A stretch of DNA of 63,515 bases, filler included, from Choristocarpus tenellus KU-1152 (Eukaryota > Protista > Phaeophyceae), in assembly GCA_964200185.2 (NCBI GenBank). It is 10 parts of 10 records of this genome, joined end to end, with 100 filler letters (N's around TTAATTAATTAA, not from the genome) between each part and the next. Parts side by side here need not be neighbours in the genome. Positions count along the whole stretch, not along the records: positions 8,864 to 18,677 come from CAXNAD020003368.1; positions 18,778 to 23,598 come from CAXNAD020012936.1; positions 23,699 to 35,083 come from CAXNAD020002348.1; 7 more parts are not named here. One strand, written 5' to 3'. Under the pieces are notes generated by a model. That model did no database searches. It was not told the origin of the DNA and worked only from the letters and a program-made list of their open reading frames with translations. Numbering within the stretch: position 1 is the stretch's first letter; every line of letters begins with the position of its first letter. Shown here in pieces: positions 13,531 through 24,574 of this stretch. Made by a program: the position numbers and the translations under genes.

Positions 13531-16500
13531 GCATATAAAAAGAAGGAAAAAATATTTTTGAAACGACAGCAACTCTTGAGTAGTAGGAACCCTTTTTGTA
13601 GTCTTGATCTTTGTTCCTCACCTCCTCGAGCAAATCTGTAAAATGTCAGTGGGGAACAACATTAGTACCACAACGGTGGATTTCAACAAAAGGACTACTA
13701 CTATGTATACCCGCTCAAAAAACAGTACATACGTTCACATGTTGTGTTTATTACTCCGCAGTACTTGACTCACCCACTCAGTCAGGTATGACGTGTCTCT
13801 GCAATGGGATGGAGTAGAAGGGCAACAACAAACCAACACACGTGGTCTGAGTGAGAGGTTAATGGAGGAAATATGTTCATGTAGATGATGGGATGCCAGA
13901 GAAGTTGCGATGCCTGATGCACATCATGCTAAAGCTTCAGCTAAGGCAGCATAATAAGCAGATCATCATCAGGGCACACAAATGAAAACTCACCACAGCT
14001 TGTTGAAATGTACTTTTCTCATTGTTCCCTACTTTTGGATCGATTGGTTTTGTGTTCCTCTTTCCTTGGTGTGATTTATGAAAATTTCCTCCTCTATTTT
14101 TTCCCTTTTTCCCGTAGGACCAGGCAATGTAGGCGACGTAGACGATATCCGGACCCAGTTATTGGGTACTAGTGCATTGTACCTGGGTTTCCTTGGCTAC
14201 CCCTTTCTTTGTAGCAACATTGAATTTCTATTTTCTCCTTTATTTTTTCAATTTATGTACATTTTCTTCTCTTATCTATTTGTTATTTTTCTAGCATATG
14301 TATGCAGCTGTGTGGGTTGTTAATTGTTGGTGCAGAGAACAGAAACAACATATTATCACATACCACACCCATCAGTTAAGGAACTGTCTACTATCCGTCT
14401 TAATGAAGCCCAAAGACCCAATAACTTAATTTTCGCCTTCTGCAGCAATGTGCAGGCACGTTTCTATTAATAGTCCATTCTCTAGAACCAACTGTCTGTA
14501 TAAAATGTAGTGACATGCACTTCAACAGAGGGAAGCGGAGGAAGAATCGCCCCTCCTCCACCACCTCGACCACCACCCTACCTGTGTCTCCTTTCGCCTT
14601 CAGACAAATTCACCCTCTTCCTCCACCTAATTCAACAAAAAGAACACGAAAACAGCCAGTGATTAGTTCGTTCCAAATATAATGCAGATCTTAATATGGG
14701 ACAGAGTCACTCAGAATTAGACAACATCTGCACGTCACAAATAGTAGCGTATTGTGCCAACAGTAATAGTAGTACGACAACACACTCGAGGCAGGTATAA
14801 TACCTTTCTCTGGGACCTGTGATTTCCTAACTGCGTCAGTATTGTCCAATCCACTAGCAACAAAGTTGCTTCTGAAATTTACCTTGCAGGTTCTAATTCA
14901 TTTGTTTGATGTTCTTCACGCCAACACTTTATCCCTTATAGACACAACTTGACTCATCTTGTCTACACCTAACTGGTAAGTGTAGAACCTCTATAGGGGG
15001 CCAAAGATATGTCTATTTCCATTTCTTGGTGCCTCTTGATGTTCTTTATGCTTCCTCTTGCGCTTTTTCATATTGGACAAGGCGCAGCTCCCAACCATGT
15101 TAGTAACTCTTTCCCCAAAGGTGACCCTGTGCTGGCCATCTGTAACTTGTCGGCAACAAGACTGTTTCCAGATGGAGGTTGACGTAACGATGGCCACATT
15201 ATCATTGGTGCCCTCATCACTATCCTCCTCCTCAGGTGTGTGACAAACGCAGCATAGCCTCTTCGTCTCATTGCTCACATTTGTGTCCACAGTGTCACAA
15301 ATTCCATGGAAGAGGTAGTGTCCACGCCAACTGTCTATGCATGCCCAGTGAAGTGTGCAGTAGACTAGTGGTGTTCATGTGACGGCACTAAGAATGAGAC
15401 AGGTAGTGGCCTTTCGTTGGGGAAGGCATGTCCGAAGTGTGTGGGACGAGGTACTAGCAGGAACGGCAGTCCGTGAGCTCGAACCACGTTCTATCCATCT
15501 TTTGGACATACCTGCTCACTTTAACGCATGTATGTTGTCCTGTCCTATATGTTACCCAACACATCTTCCTGACAGTAAAATCGAGAATGAGAATCAATTT
15601 ATACGAACTCAAAATGGGATATCTTGTGGTGGTCAGTATTAAGCATGCCTTAAAACCGGTCCACGCACTTTAGTGTGATTTGTAAAGAAAGCGGAGGTTT
15701 TTTGGATACTTACTCCCCAATTGATTCCAAAAAGGTTTCGATTCATAAGAATATAAAAATACAGTACAGTAAAAGTCGGATAATCCCTCTGAATTTTACA
15801 CTACAAAAAATGCTATTTCCACAGATCCAGCTACTCCTCCCTTTCCATTTATTCGCATCATTACTCCATTCCATTACATGGCCAAGTAACTAAGAACGGA
15901 GTCCGATATACTGATCTTCCATGTCCCTTAGTAAATCTGAAGGAAACAAAAAGCTCAGCTCCATACTCGCGGCCAAGCGAAAACAGGTGAGCGAAGAGAG
16001 ACCAAGATAAGCGATTGACCCAGTCAAAGGGATAAGAGAGTTCCTTCAAACACAGAAATTGTCGCGAGGGATTCTTACGAGGCATTGTCCTGAGGAATAC
16101 TTGTGGACAACATACCAAATGCTGATTTTCTCTATCTCTGTCCCAAAACCATGTCAAATGTACCAGGACCCGTTGGGATTGCTCAGGGCCCAGCGCGCTG
16201 GAACTCTTGGAGAGGTATGTTTCTGTAAGGGGAAGGAAATGGGGTAAAGTGTGTTTCTGAGACCTTCCTGGTGTGTAGACGTTGATAGCCCAACATATTC
16301 TGTCCTGTTTCAATTCCATCATGTATGCTGGTTGGGAGAACAGTTACGCTGGTGTTCACATGGAGAGAGGGCATGCACCTCAACAAACTCTCACAATATG
16401 CCACCTATTAATGCTGGATAGTAGCCACCTTCTTTCCCATGTCTGGACCCTTTGTGGCTCATGCTTGTTGGGTAGAGTTGAAACACCATGTGTCTAGTCC

Positions 16501-16710
16501 CCCTTAACGGAGTATGAGTCCCTAGCAATAGTCTTAGATATTAGTGTTGGAATGTGAAGATACGGATGACTGAATGCCTCAACTATGCAAAACTCGACGA
16601 TTGCCTGTATTTGACGACCCCTGAAACGGGTTCCTCGTTCCCAGTCTTTTGAACGTTGCACCACCTTTTCCTAAGTCCTTATTTGGCCCTCACTTCTCAA
16701 CACTCAACAG

Positions 16711-17577
16711 TACCTCGCAGAAGACCTTGCCAAACACGGCTTAAGTGTAGACGAATCTGCATTGGCGTCTGAACCTGCTGGGACAGGTCCCACTACCACC
16801 TCAAGCGCCCCCAGTACCACTGCAAGCACACCTGCCACCACTAGACCAGGTAGGGCGCAGGGCCCCCGGCCACTCAGACTCCCCGTCCCTGTCAAGGCGG
16901 ATAGGGTCGTTTCACCGAGAGCTACGGTCTCCGCAGCATCGACAGCAGCAAATCGCGCATCAGGATTACGGGTGGGCAGTCTTGACCTGTGTCCATCGGC
17001 CAGTACATCTGCCAGTGGACTCACTACCTCGCGGTCGTCTGGGTCCCTACTTCTAAATAGGGAACGAGCAAGACAAAGGCAGGCGAACTCCGCAGGTGCA
17101 GGCTCAACCAGCTCTACTGTGCAACCGACGCCTAATCGGCCCAGGGAAAAACCGGTATCCAAGTGGACAGTGGGTGGAACCACATTAGGAGGAATAGGCA
17201 CAAGTTCAAGTTCAGCACCAGAAAAAGTTCGAGCAGTAACACCAGAACCTGTCGAGCAGCCTCCAAGACGATCAATCGCCGAACTCACTAGTAAGTTCAA
17301 CTCTGTCCAAGTGAGCGGAGTTTCCACAGGTGTATCAGGCAGACCCGCCTGGGAAAGACCGGCTGGACGTCCAACAACCCCTCCTCCCGTGTCAGTCTCC
17401 CATCTGGGTTTGAGTGCTGGGGCACAAGCTGCGGCTGCAGTGGAAGAAGCTAACGAACTGAACGCACCAAAAGAACGGGGAATTGGACGGCGAGCAAGTA
17501 CAGGATTTGGTAGGGCCCCATCAAGAGCAGGAGTGAGCAGTAGGATTGCAGAGTTGTCTCGAAAGTTTGAGAATTGA
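16711..17577 (+). CDS. Terminal or internal exon of an uncharacterised Ser/Thr/Pro/Arg-rich disordered protein with two IAEL..KF motifs
   Basis: Pyrimidine-rich acceptor caacag| at 16710, then 288 open codons (YLAEDLAKHG...SRIAELSRKFEN*); repeated motif RSIAELTSKFN / SRIAELSRKFE. Confidence 0.65.
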   Translation, partial: YLAEDLAKHGLSVDESALASEPAGTGPTTTSSAPSTTASTPATTRPGRAQGPRPLRLPVPVKADRVVSPRATVSAASTAANRASGLRVGSLDLCPSASTSASGLTTSRSSGSLLLNRERARQRQANSAGAGSTSSTVQPTPNRPREKPVSKWTVGGTTLGGIGTSSSSAPEKVRAVTPEPVEQPPRRSIAELTSKFNSVQVSGVSTGVSGRPAWERPAGRPTTPPPVSVSHLGLSAGAQAAAAVEEANELNAPKERGIGRRASTGFGRAPSRAGVSSRIAELSRKFEN

Positions 17578-17631
17578 TTCAGTGACTGATAAGAGGTCAA
17601 GCATATATATAGAAGGACATATAGGAAAAGC

Positions 17632-18623
17632 ATGGACGTGAAAGAGGTGAACGATGGTTCTATGGATAAAGTGGTGGAGGTGGAGGCTATTGATGGAACT
17701 GAGATTGTGAATGGTGTGACAGTTGAGTCATCAGGGTCAGCCGTGGATGGTGAACAAATTGAAGAGGTGAGGAAGTATACTATGAGAAGACATTGCTACT
17801 TCTGTTGAGAAGACACAAGCATCACACTTAACCACCCACCCTGTTGTTGGGGATCATTCTTCATCTGGGGATACAATGATTTTAGATACACAGTTTCAAT
17901 TGACTGCTCTGGTATTGTCTGTTCCTTAAATTCATCCACTGACCAACCTGCTTGTGTAACAGGTGGTAAAAGAAATTGTGATACCTTCTGGTGAGTCTGA
18001 GGCAGTAGAAGCTGAAATGGAGGCCCTTAAGAGTGAGGTGACCCAGGCAGTCCCAGAAGAAGTCCTGGGGACAGGCACTGTTGAAGTGGTTGATGTTGAG
18101 GAGACACTGCAAAGCAATGATATTGCGATATCAGAGGAGAAGGCAGCAGTGGTTGTTTCAGTTGTCCCACCAGCAACAACTGAAAATGTTACTTCATCGG
18201 TGGAGGAGTTGGAGAGAGTAGCACTGGCATTGGCACCTGTTGTTGGCACTGCGGTTGTGGTAGAACAGGAGGAGGGTGAAGAAGAGGTGGTAGCAGCTAT
18301 CTCTCCTGCTGTGATTTCCATCGGTGAGGATGTGGTGACCACAGAGGGGTTGGAGGATGAGGTGTTGACTGTCACACCTGAGGAAACGGTGTGTGTGGTG
18401 GAAAAAACGGTCGAGGTGGTGGTTGCCAAGGATGGCGTAGAGCCGGTAGTAGAGCCGGTGGAGGTGGTGGTTGCCAAGGATGGTGTAGAGCCGGTAGTAG
18501 AGCCGGTGGAGGGTGTCTCGTGTGATGAAGACATAGCAGTGGTGCAGGCAGCAGCAGCTGTGGAAGAACGTGTCACTGCTTCTGAGGAGATGGTTGCATC
18601 AGTGGTCATGGATGATGCCGCCG
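17632..18623 (+). CDS. Glu/Val-rich acidic low-complexity protein, partial; exons 17632-17766 and 17963-18623
   Basis: MDVKEVNDGS...EQIEE|gtgagg, intron ending taacag|, phase-0 join into VVKEIVIP..., donor G|gtaaga at 18623; strong GNN codon bias. Runs off the contig end. Confidence 0.65.
18408..18512 (+). repeat. In-frame 48-nt coding tandem repeat (VEVVVAKDGVEPVVEP x2)
   Basis: Two near-identical 48-nt units. Confidence 0.9.
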
Positions 18624-18850
18624 GTAAGAAGGGGGGTAGGGGGGGGGGGGAGGGTGACCAGGGGGGGTTCCTGTGCANNNNNNNNNNNNNNNNNNNNNNN
18701 NNNNNNNNNNNNNNNNNNNNNTTAATTAATTAANNNNNNNNNNNNNNNNNNNNNNNNNNNNNNNNNNNNNNNNNNNNCTTATGTTTAGGATATTTTATTT
18801 CTTTCGGTCTAATAACGACATGTATACATATATATAGTTTAGATTGGTTT

Positions 18851-18892
18851 CCCCCCTGACACATCTGCAAAATGTCAGAGGGCATAATAATA
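18851..18892 (+). mobile_element. 3' end of a LINE/SINE-like repeat: stem-loop CTGACA...TGTCAG plus AGGGCA(TAA)n tail; other copies at 20275-20322 (-), 20531-20570 (-) and 51167-51192 (+)
   Basis: Four homologous copies on two contigs; the one at 51167 is flanked by a 15-bp direct repeat. Confidence 0.6.
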
Positions 18893-18980
18893 AAATATAT
18901 CACAAATAGTATACACGACTTTCGACAGGATTTCGGTTTAGTTAGCGGTATGATATTATATAAATAAAGTAATACCACAC

Positions 18981-19476
18981 CTTGTCTATAGGGCTATCTC
19001 TCGCACAAAGCTGTTCTGCATTCGCCACGTTTGTCGCACCACTCATTCTCCAATTCCTAAGCAGAACATTCCTTGATTTCATTATTTGCTACCTCTTCTT
19101 CTTGCAGAAGGGAAACCAACTTGCCCTCGAGCTCTCTCTCTCTCGTTTATATTGCATTTTCGACTAGGGTAGCGAAGCTAGGTGACAGCTTGAACCGCAC
19201 ACTCCTCGCTCTTGGTCCTTGCCACTGCCTGAGCATAGGATATCTAGCTCCAGCCATCTGGGACAGGGTTTTTTAAGTGTGCCGATTCAAATATTTGGCA
19301 CCATATTTCGCACTGACCTTTTCGACGTTTCCTTGCATTGTTCCTCATTTTCGAAGTTGCGCCACTCCTGAGGTACGACGAATAATACGGATGTGTGGAT
19401 TTTTCAGTCGCCTGTCTCGACAGAGGAAGTGTTGAAACCCCTGGTTCCTTTAACAGCTCCTCCAGCACACGACGAA
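18981..19476 (-). pseudogene. Probable decayed spliced coiled-coil gene
   Basis: Coding-like pieces (VRRVLEELLKE; EWRNFENEEQCKETSKR; TRERELEGKLVSLLQEEEVANNEIKE) bounded by plausible splice sites but broken by stops and frameshifts. Confidence 0.35.
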
Positions 19477-19940
19477 CTGCACAAAATGTTACCTTCAAAA
19501 GTTGATAAATTCGCCAATTTGATTTTTGGAACAAAATAAATCCCACCTCCCTGTTGTCCATAGTAACAAGTAGCATGTTTCTCCACAACAAAGACATCAC
19601 AAGATCTTTAGTCTGATCTTATCGAGATATCAGAGACAAACAAATTGAGAGGTAGGCAGGGATCGATTTTAAAGATCCTGAGAAAGGGCAAGAAACTCCA
19701 TTTTATGCAATTCATTGCAGAAAATCCCTTTGCTGAACTGTATGTGGTGTCAACTTTTTGTAAAAAGGGGATGTATCAAATTTGCACACACCGTTGTGAA
19801 CATAAATCAACGAAATAGAGTGCATTGCACAAGGTAAGAAAGATGGCTTAGAACGAGAAAGGGTCCAAACTGCCTAACTTTCAACTGGTTTAACTCATCA
19901 GTAGTAGTCGATAGATTAATTGAGTTATGTAGAGTATCGT

Positions 19941-20192
19941 GTTAGTGTATCTTAGAGGGTAGGAGTCTTTACCTGTTTGTCCATTATTTGGGGCTTGGCT
20001 TCCTACGAGTTTTTTATGGTATTTTCCTACGCCAAAGTTTTTCGAAGTAGATAGAATATGTACGTTATGAAACGTTGTGTCCAGAACAAGGATATTGATA
20101 CTTCCTAACAAGCACGGTAGCCATTTTTTTTATCAAAATCGCAACATTGGATTTTCGCCCCCAAATGGACGCGGTCCTACACGTTAAGATAC
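19941..20192 (-). mobile_element. MITE family 1 copy with eroded termini
   Basis: Colinear with the 21553-21810 copy; GTATCTTAGAGGGTA at the left, TTAAGATAC remnant at the right. Confidence 0.85.
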
Positions 20193-21552
20193 AATAGTTC
20201 TTCTTACAGAGTCGCCTGTGTACCAGTGGACACTCTCTCTCAAATGAGACTTGGCAGTCTCTTTAGTAGTATAATTGTTATGCCCACTGATTCTTTGCAG
20301 AGATGTGTCAGGGGAGGCATAATATTACAGACCAAAACTAATAGAAACTTTGCTACCCGCAGTAGTTGTCGTTTCCAACATTAATTCAATCACTCATGTC
20401 GTTTGAAGTAAGTGTGTATCATCATACCGCTCTGCTGACTGCTACACCCATGATGTGTTTTCATAATGGCAGTTCCTTAGTCGGTGGCCAGCCCACTTAC
20501 CTGGAAAATTTCGAAAATCTGCCCAGTGTGTGTTGTTATGCCATCTGACATTTTGCAGACGTGTCAGGGAAGAGGTCAAACCAATATCACAAGGACCCTT
20601 GTAAAACTAACAGTTGTCGTAAGTGTGAAAGATATCGCTCTAAAATATACTTACTACGGCATTTGTATACCAGCTACACACCACAACACTCCCACCTTAA
20701 GGGTTATGATCACAATGTTATGTGTACATCGCTCCTAAGCCTCCAACCTATCTTAGGTCTACAGAAGTGGGCGAGGAGCTAGGGAATTATCCCAATAATC
20801 TGACAGGCTCCTTCTTGCCCATCTGCCTATTGTCTTTGGCTTGAAACGTATGACACGTCTCGCCACTCAGTATGAAATCGGAGGCTGACAGAATGGTATA
20901 TAGCTATTATGCATTTACACCGAACGGTACAACAAGTTCCACATATACCGTCAACTGCTTCGTTCTTAGTGGTACTATACCACCGAATAAACCGTAATCC
21001 CATTCTAAGCACTGCACCCACGTCAGCGGAGAACAGGAAATTTCGGAATTATTTAGTTGTCGGACTGAAAAAGTTCCCCCTTGCATGATGCTTTGTCAAT
21101 GCTCAAGCTTTAGGCACATGCTGTTACGGAGAAAAAGCAACATACAACAGGCTTGTGTCCAGAAAGAAAAGCACTAAATGCACAGAAATATGAAGAATAC
21201 ATTAAAAAATATACAAGGAAAAAGAGAAGGCCCAGGAGTCAATTCTACCTCTCCCCCACCTCCTCAAACAGAGATCAGTTCAAGTATCAAAGACCACAAA
21301 AACCCGTTCATCTCAGCAACACATAAATACCATCACCACCTGTACAGAAGGAGGGTATCCTAAGCCATATCCTAGGTATTATACTATATACCCAACCCCA
21401 GACACTGCAAGTCAGGTAATGTCATCCATATGTGTGTGTGTGTGTGTGTGTGTTTGGTGATTGTGGCCACTTTCAGGTGGGGAACTTTGTTTGACTGCTA
21501 CTTTGGCCTCCCTAGTATGCCAGGTGTCCGTGAAATTAAATGTTTGGCTCCA

Positions 21553-21810
21553 GAGTCAAAGTATCTTAGAGGGTAGATCCACGTCCGTTTGGGGGTCAAA
21601 ACCCAATGTTGCGATCTTGATGTAGTTTTGGCTATCGTGTTTGTTAGGAAGTGTCAATACCCTTGTTCCGGACGCATCTTTTCATAACATGTACGTTTTA
21701 CCTACTCCGAAACATTTCGGAGTAGGAAAATGTCATAAAAATACCGTGGGAAGTCAAGTCCCAAATGGACAAACTGGGCAAAACTCGTACCCTCTAAGAT
21801 ACTTTCACTC
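21553..21810 (+). mobile_element. MITE family 1 (258 bp, Sola-like), full-length
   Basis: 23-bp TIR GAGT(C/G)AAAGTATCTTAGAGGGTA, 4-bp TSD TCCA, internal hairpin CCTACTCCGAAA-CA-TTTCGGAGTAGG. Confidence 0.93.
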
Positions 21811-21814
21811 TCCA

Positions 21815-22830
21815 TCTGTATACACAGCTGTATCTCCACTCTTCTATCGTTTTGGGTCTTCTACTGCAAAACCGTGCTTTCACTTGGGATCTTGAAACAC
21901 TGAATTAAGTTAATCTTTCGGTACCACCAGCAGCTTTTCTCTGGTCCCCCCATTTCCCTCTTTGGCTTTTTAGTCGCTCTAAGTTCCCCGAACCTTAAGT
22001 TCTCTGGCAACGGCTATTTTCTTTATGCAGGTGCTTCACAAAGATACACTAGCACCATACTCCATTTTTGCATGCAGTCGTCTTGTCAATTATGTTCTTG
22101 CGATCAGTTCTCGCCATTTATTATCGGTTCTCTTCGTTGTAAGGGTGATCAAAATGTCTCAGTTCACAAAACCCAATGCAGTGCTGTATGAAGTTGCTGC
22201 ACTGGATGTGAAACTGTGTGTAGGTTTTATCCTGAACGTTCAAGTCGTACAGACAGTCATACAGTGACAGCAGAACTAAGAGTAATTGGATCTATTTTTC
22301 AGCATCCAAGTATTCAGTTCTAGTCAAGCGATACATCAAGTACTGCTCAGTTGTAAAGTTCTTTGCAACACTTCATGAACTGCCTCCATACCCATATTGG
22401 ATCTATCAGGTAGTAGATCTCGGTGGTGGCATCTCCAGCACAATCAAAATCGAGACCCTGAGATAATAATATTATGATAAACTTGGTAGACTGCGCATTG
22501 TACTCGTCTTTCGGTCTCCTACCTCAATATATATATTCCTCTACTGGCTCATGTGGAGTATCTGAAAGGACAATAACTCTATCCTCGTTTCCAACATGGT
22601 CAGTCTTACAAATACTTGGCACACCGTTTACCGTCTCATTCACCATGTTGGTCCCCCTTTTTGAGTCCTTGAAATGGCACATCGCAACAAAGTTTGAGGT
22701 AGCAGTAGAAGTAACTGGAGTTGGAAGAATATACTGGAAATAACGAGCAGTTCACGAATGTGAGTGATGCTATTTCTACTACTGTAAAACTATAACGACC
22801 ATGAATCAGAAAATCCCCATACTTCCAAGA
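21815..22830 (-). mobile_element. Decayed RTE-like LINE, 3' region
   Basis: Remnants HCIGF and GGPEK in the same order as in the 10290-11500 element; many stops. Confidence 0.5.
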
Positions 22831-23753
22831 CATCGCTTGAACCCTCTGTTAATATACCAGTTGCAGACCACAACAAATAGGTGGGGTTGCTTCCCCTCAT
22901 TTTGGAAGGAATGTGTATGGAGTGAAGGGGTGAGGTAGGATAGAAGTAAGTATGTCAGGGACATGTCGCCTTTTTGGGATCTCTCAACACCAATGAGGAT
23001 AGTACACACAGTCATATATATACATTTGAGTGCCCCACATTTTGCCATTGAGATCAGCTGAAGTGGTGTGGTGTGGGTCAGACGCACGACCTGCTCAGGG
23101 TCACCCGACATGAAGGGTGGATTCAAACCATTAAAGCCCGAGGTTGTGCTTTCTGTTCTGACTTGTCACAACCAATCACAGTGGAGGCCGATCCACATGA
23201 CACTCTGAGGCTGCTAACATACGCCCAGCATACCTCAGTCTCATCTCTCACTTCCTTTCTGAAACCCATCGATGGTAGTTATCATTACCTCCCATCACAC
23301 AGAACCAGGCCGCATAACAATGGTACTCACGCCGATCTGTGTTGGGGGGTCAACAGAGATGCAGGGCTTACAACAAATACATTTATTTCAAATAGGGTAA
23401 AACGAAAACGCACGCAAAAAAAACACTCCTCTGTACTTTCAAGACGTGATTGTAATTCCATATTACTATGCTTGGATTTGTCCATCACATATGCCGCGGG
23501 TTTTCTTGGAATGGAAGCAATATTTAATAGGAGATGTGTGAATCGTGTGATTCTGTGGCGGCGTGGTTCACTCAGGCAAGGGTGGCGAAGAGAATCACNN
23601 NNNNNNNNNNNNNNNNNNNNNNNNNNNNNNNNNNNNNNNNNNTTAATTAATTAANNNNNNNNNNNNNNNNNNNNNNNNNNNNNNNNNNNNNNNNNNNNTC
23701 TTTTGTTTTGTGTTGGGTTTTTTTTGTTTGTGTTTGGGGGGGGGGGGGGGGGT

Positions 23754-23792
<39 letters not shown>

Positions 23793-24361
23793 GATGTCAG
23801 GTATGAGTAGGGTTAGGTTTAGGGTTTATTATCTGACGTTTTCCTGATGGTATGGTTTTATGTCCCTGTTTTTTGAGGACTCAATTTGGTTCAATCCAAA
23901 TATAAAATGTGTGGTTGTTGCCTCCGCCCCCCACTCCCCCTCACCCCCCCTCTCTCTTGCCTTGTCTTTCAGTTTGTAGCGGTAACTAAGTCCCCTGTAC
24001 ATATGTCCTTAACTTCTTCGTACCTTTGAACCCTTTTTTTGTATTGTCTTCCGTTGTGCTTTACAGATATGCTCAGAATTGTAGAATAGTATTGGTAGTA
24101 GTCAAATAGATCTGTTTTTGTCCAATATTGGATAGGGTTTCCACACCTGTTTGTATTATTTTCTGCTCCTCTGTTGCAACACCAATACTTGTACACTGAG
24201 TGATTTATTAGGGTTAAGGAGGTATATGAAGGGGTAGAGTGGGGGGGTGGGGTTTGGGGGCTGAATGCTGCATTGAATTGACTGATTGTGATACAGTATT
24301 GTTATGTATTTTGGCTGTTTTGTTAGTGTTATGTATTTTGTGTGAATGCAGTTTCCTATAC

Positions 24362-24380
24362 CCCTAACCCTAACCCTAAC
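24362..24380. repeat. Interstitial telomere-like (CCCTAA)n array; similar 2-3 unit arrays at 3533-3545, 4259-4272, 23808-23827, 24923-24937, 26930-26945 and 30791-30806
   Basis: Direct read; both orientations occur. Confidence 0.85.
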
Positions 24381-24574
24381 ACCTTTCTTTACGATCGATT
24401 TTTTCATAGACAAATAATCTGTCTTCACCCTCCACGTTATCATTGTTGTTTGTACTTTGCATTTATTGGTTTATAAGTGGTGTTGCTTGCTTTGATTCAC
24501 TTGCGCTGCTTTGATTTGATTGGATTATTGGATGAAGCGTTTCGTGTTGCTCTGCTGGTTCTGCCCTTTCTCAG

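Noticed and set aside
16704-18609. Long minus-strand ORFs 16704-17633 (309 aa) and 17932-18609 (225 aa)
   Set aside because: Antisense shadows of low-complexity plus-strand exons; splice signals and codon bias favour the plus strand.
21641-21895. Recurring small ORFs of the type MLGSVN.LV.D..FHN (19890, 21641, 49990, 55378)
   Set aside because: Chance translations of the non-coding MITE; starts and stops are not conserved.
23073-23598. ORF with C...H...RH pattern, possible restriction-like endonuclease end of a non-LTR element
   Set aside because: Motif match too weak and no adjacent RT in the same orientation.
23737-23791. ~55-nt poly-G run as a G-quadruplex locus
   Set aside because: Next to a contig edge; length is unreliable and may be a two-colour sequencing or assembly artefact.
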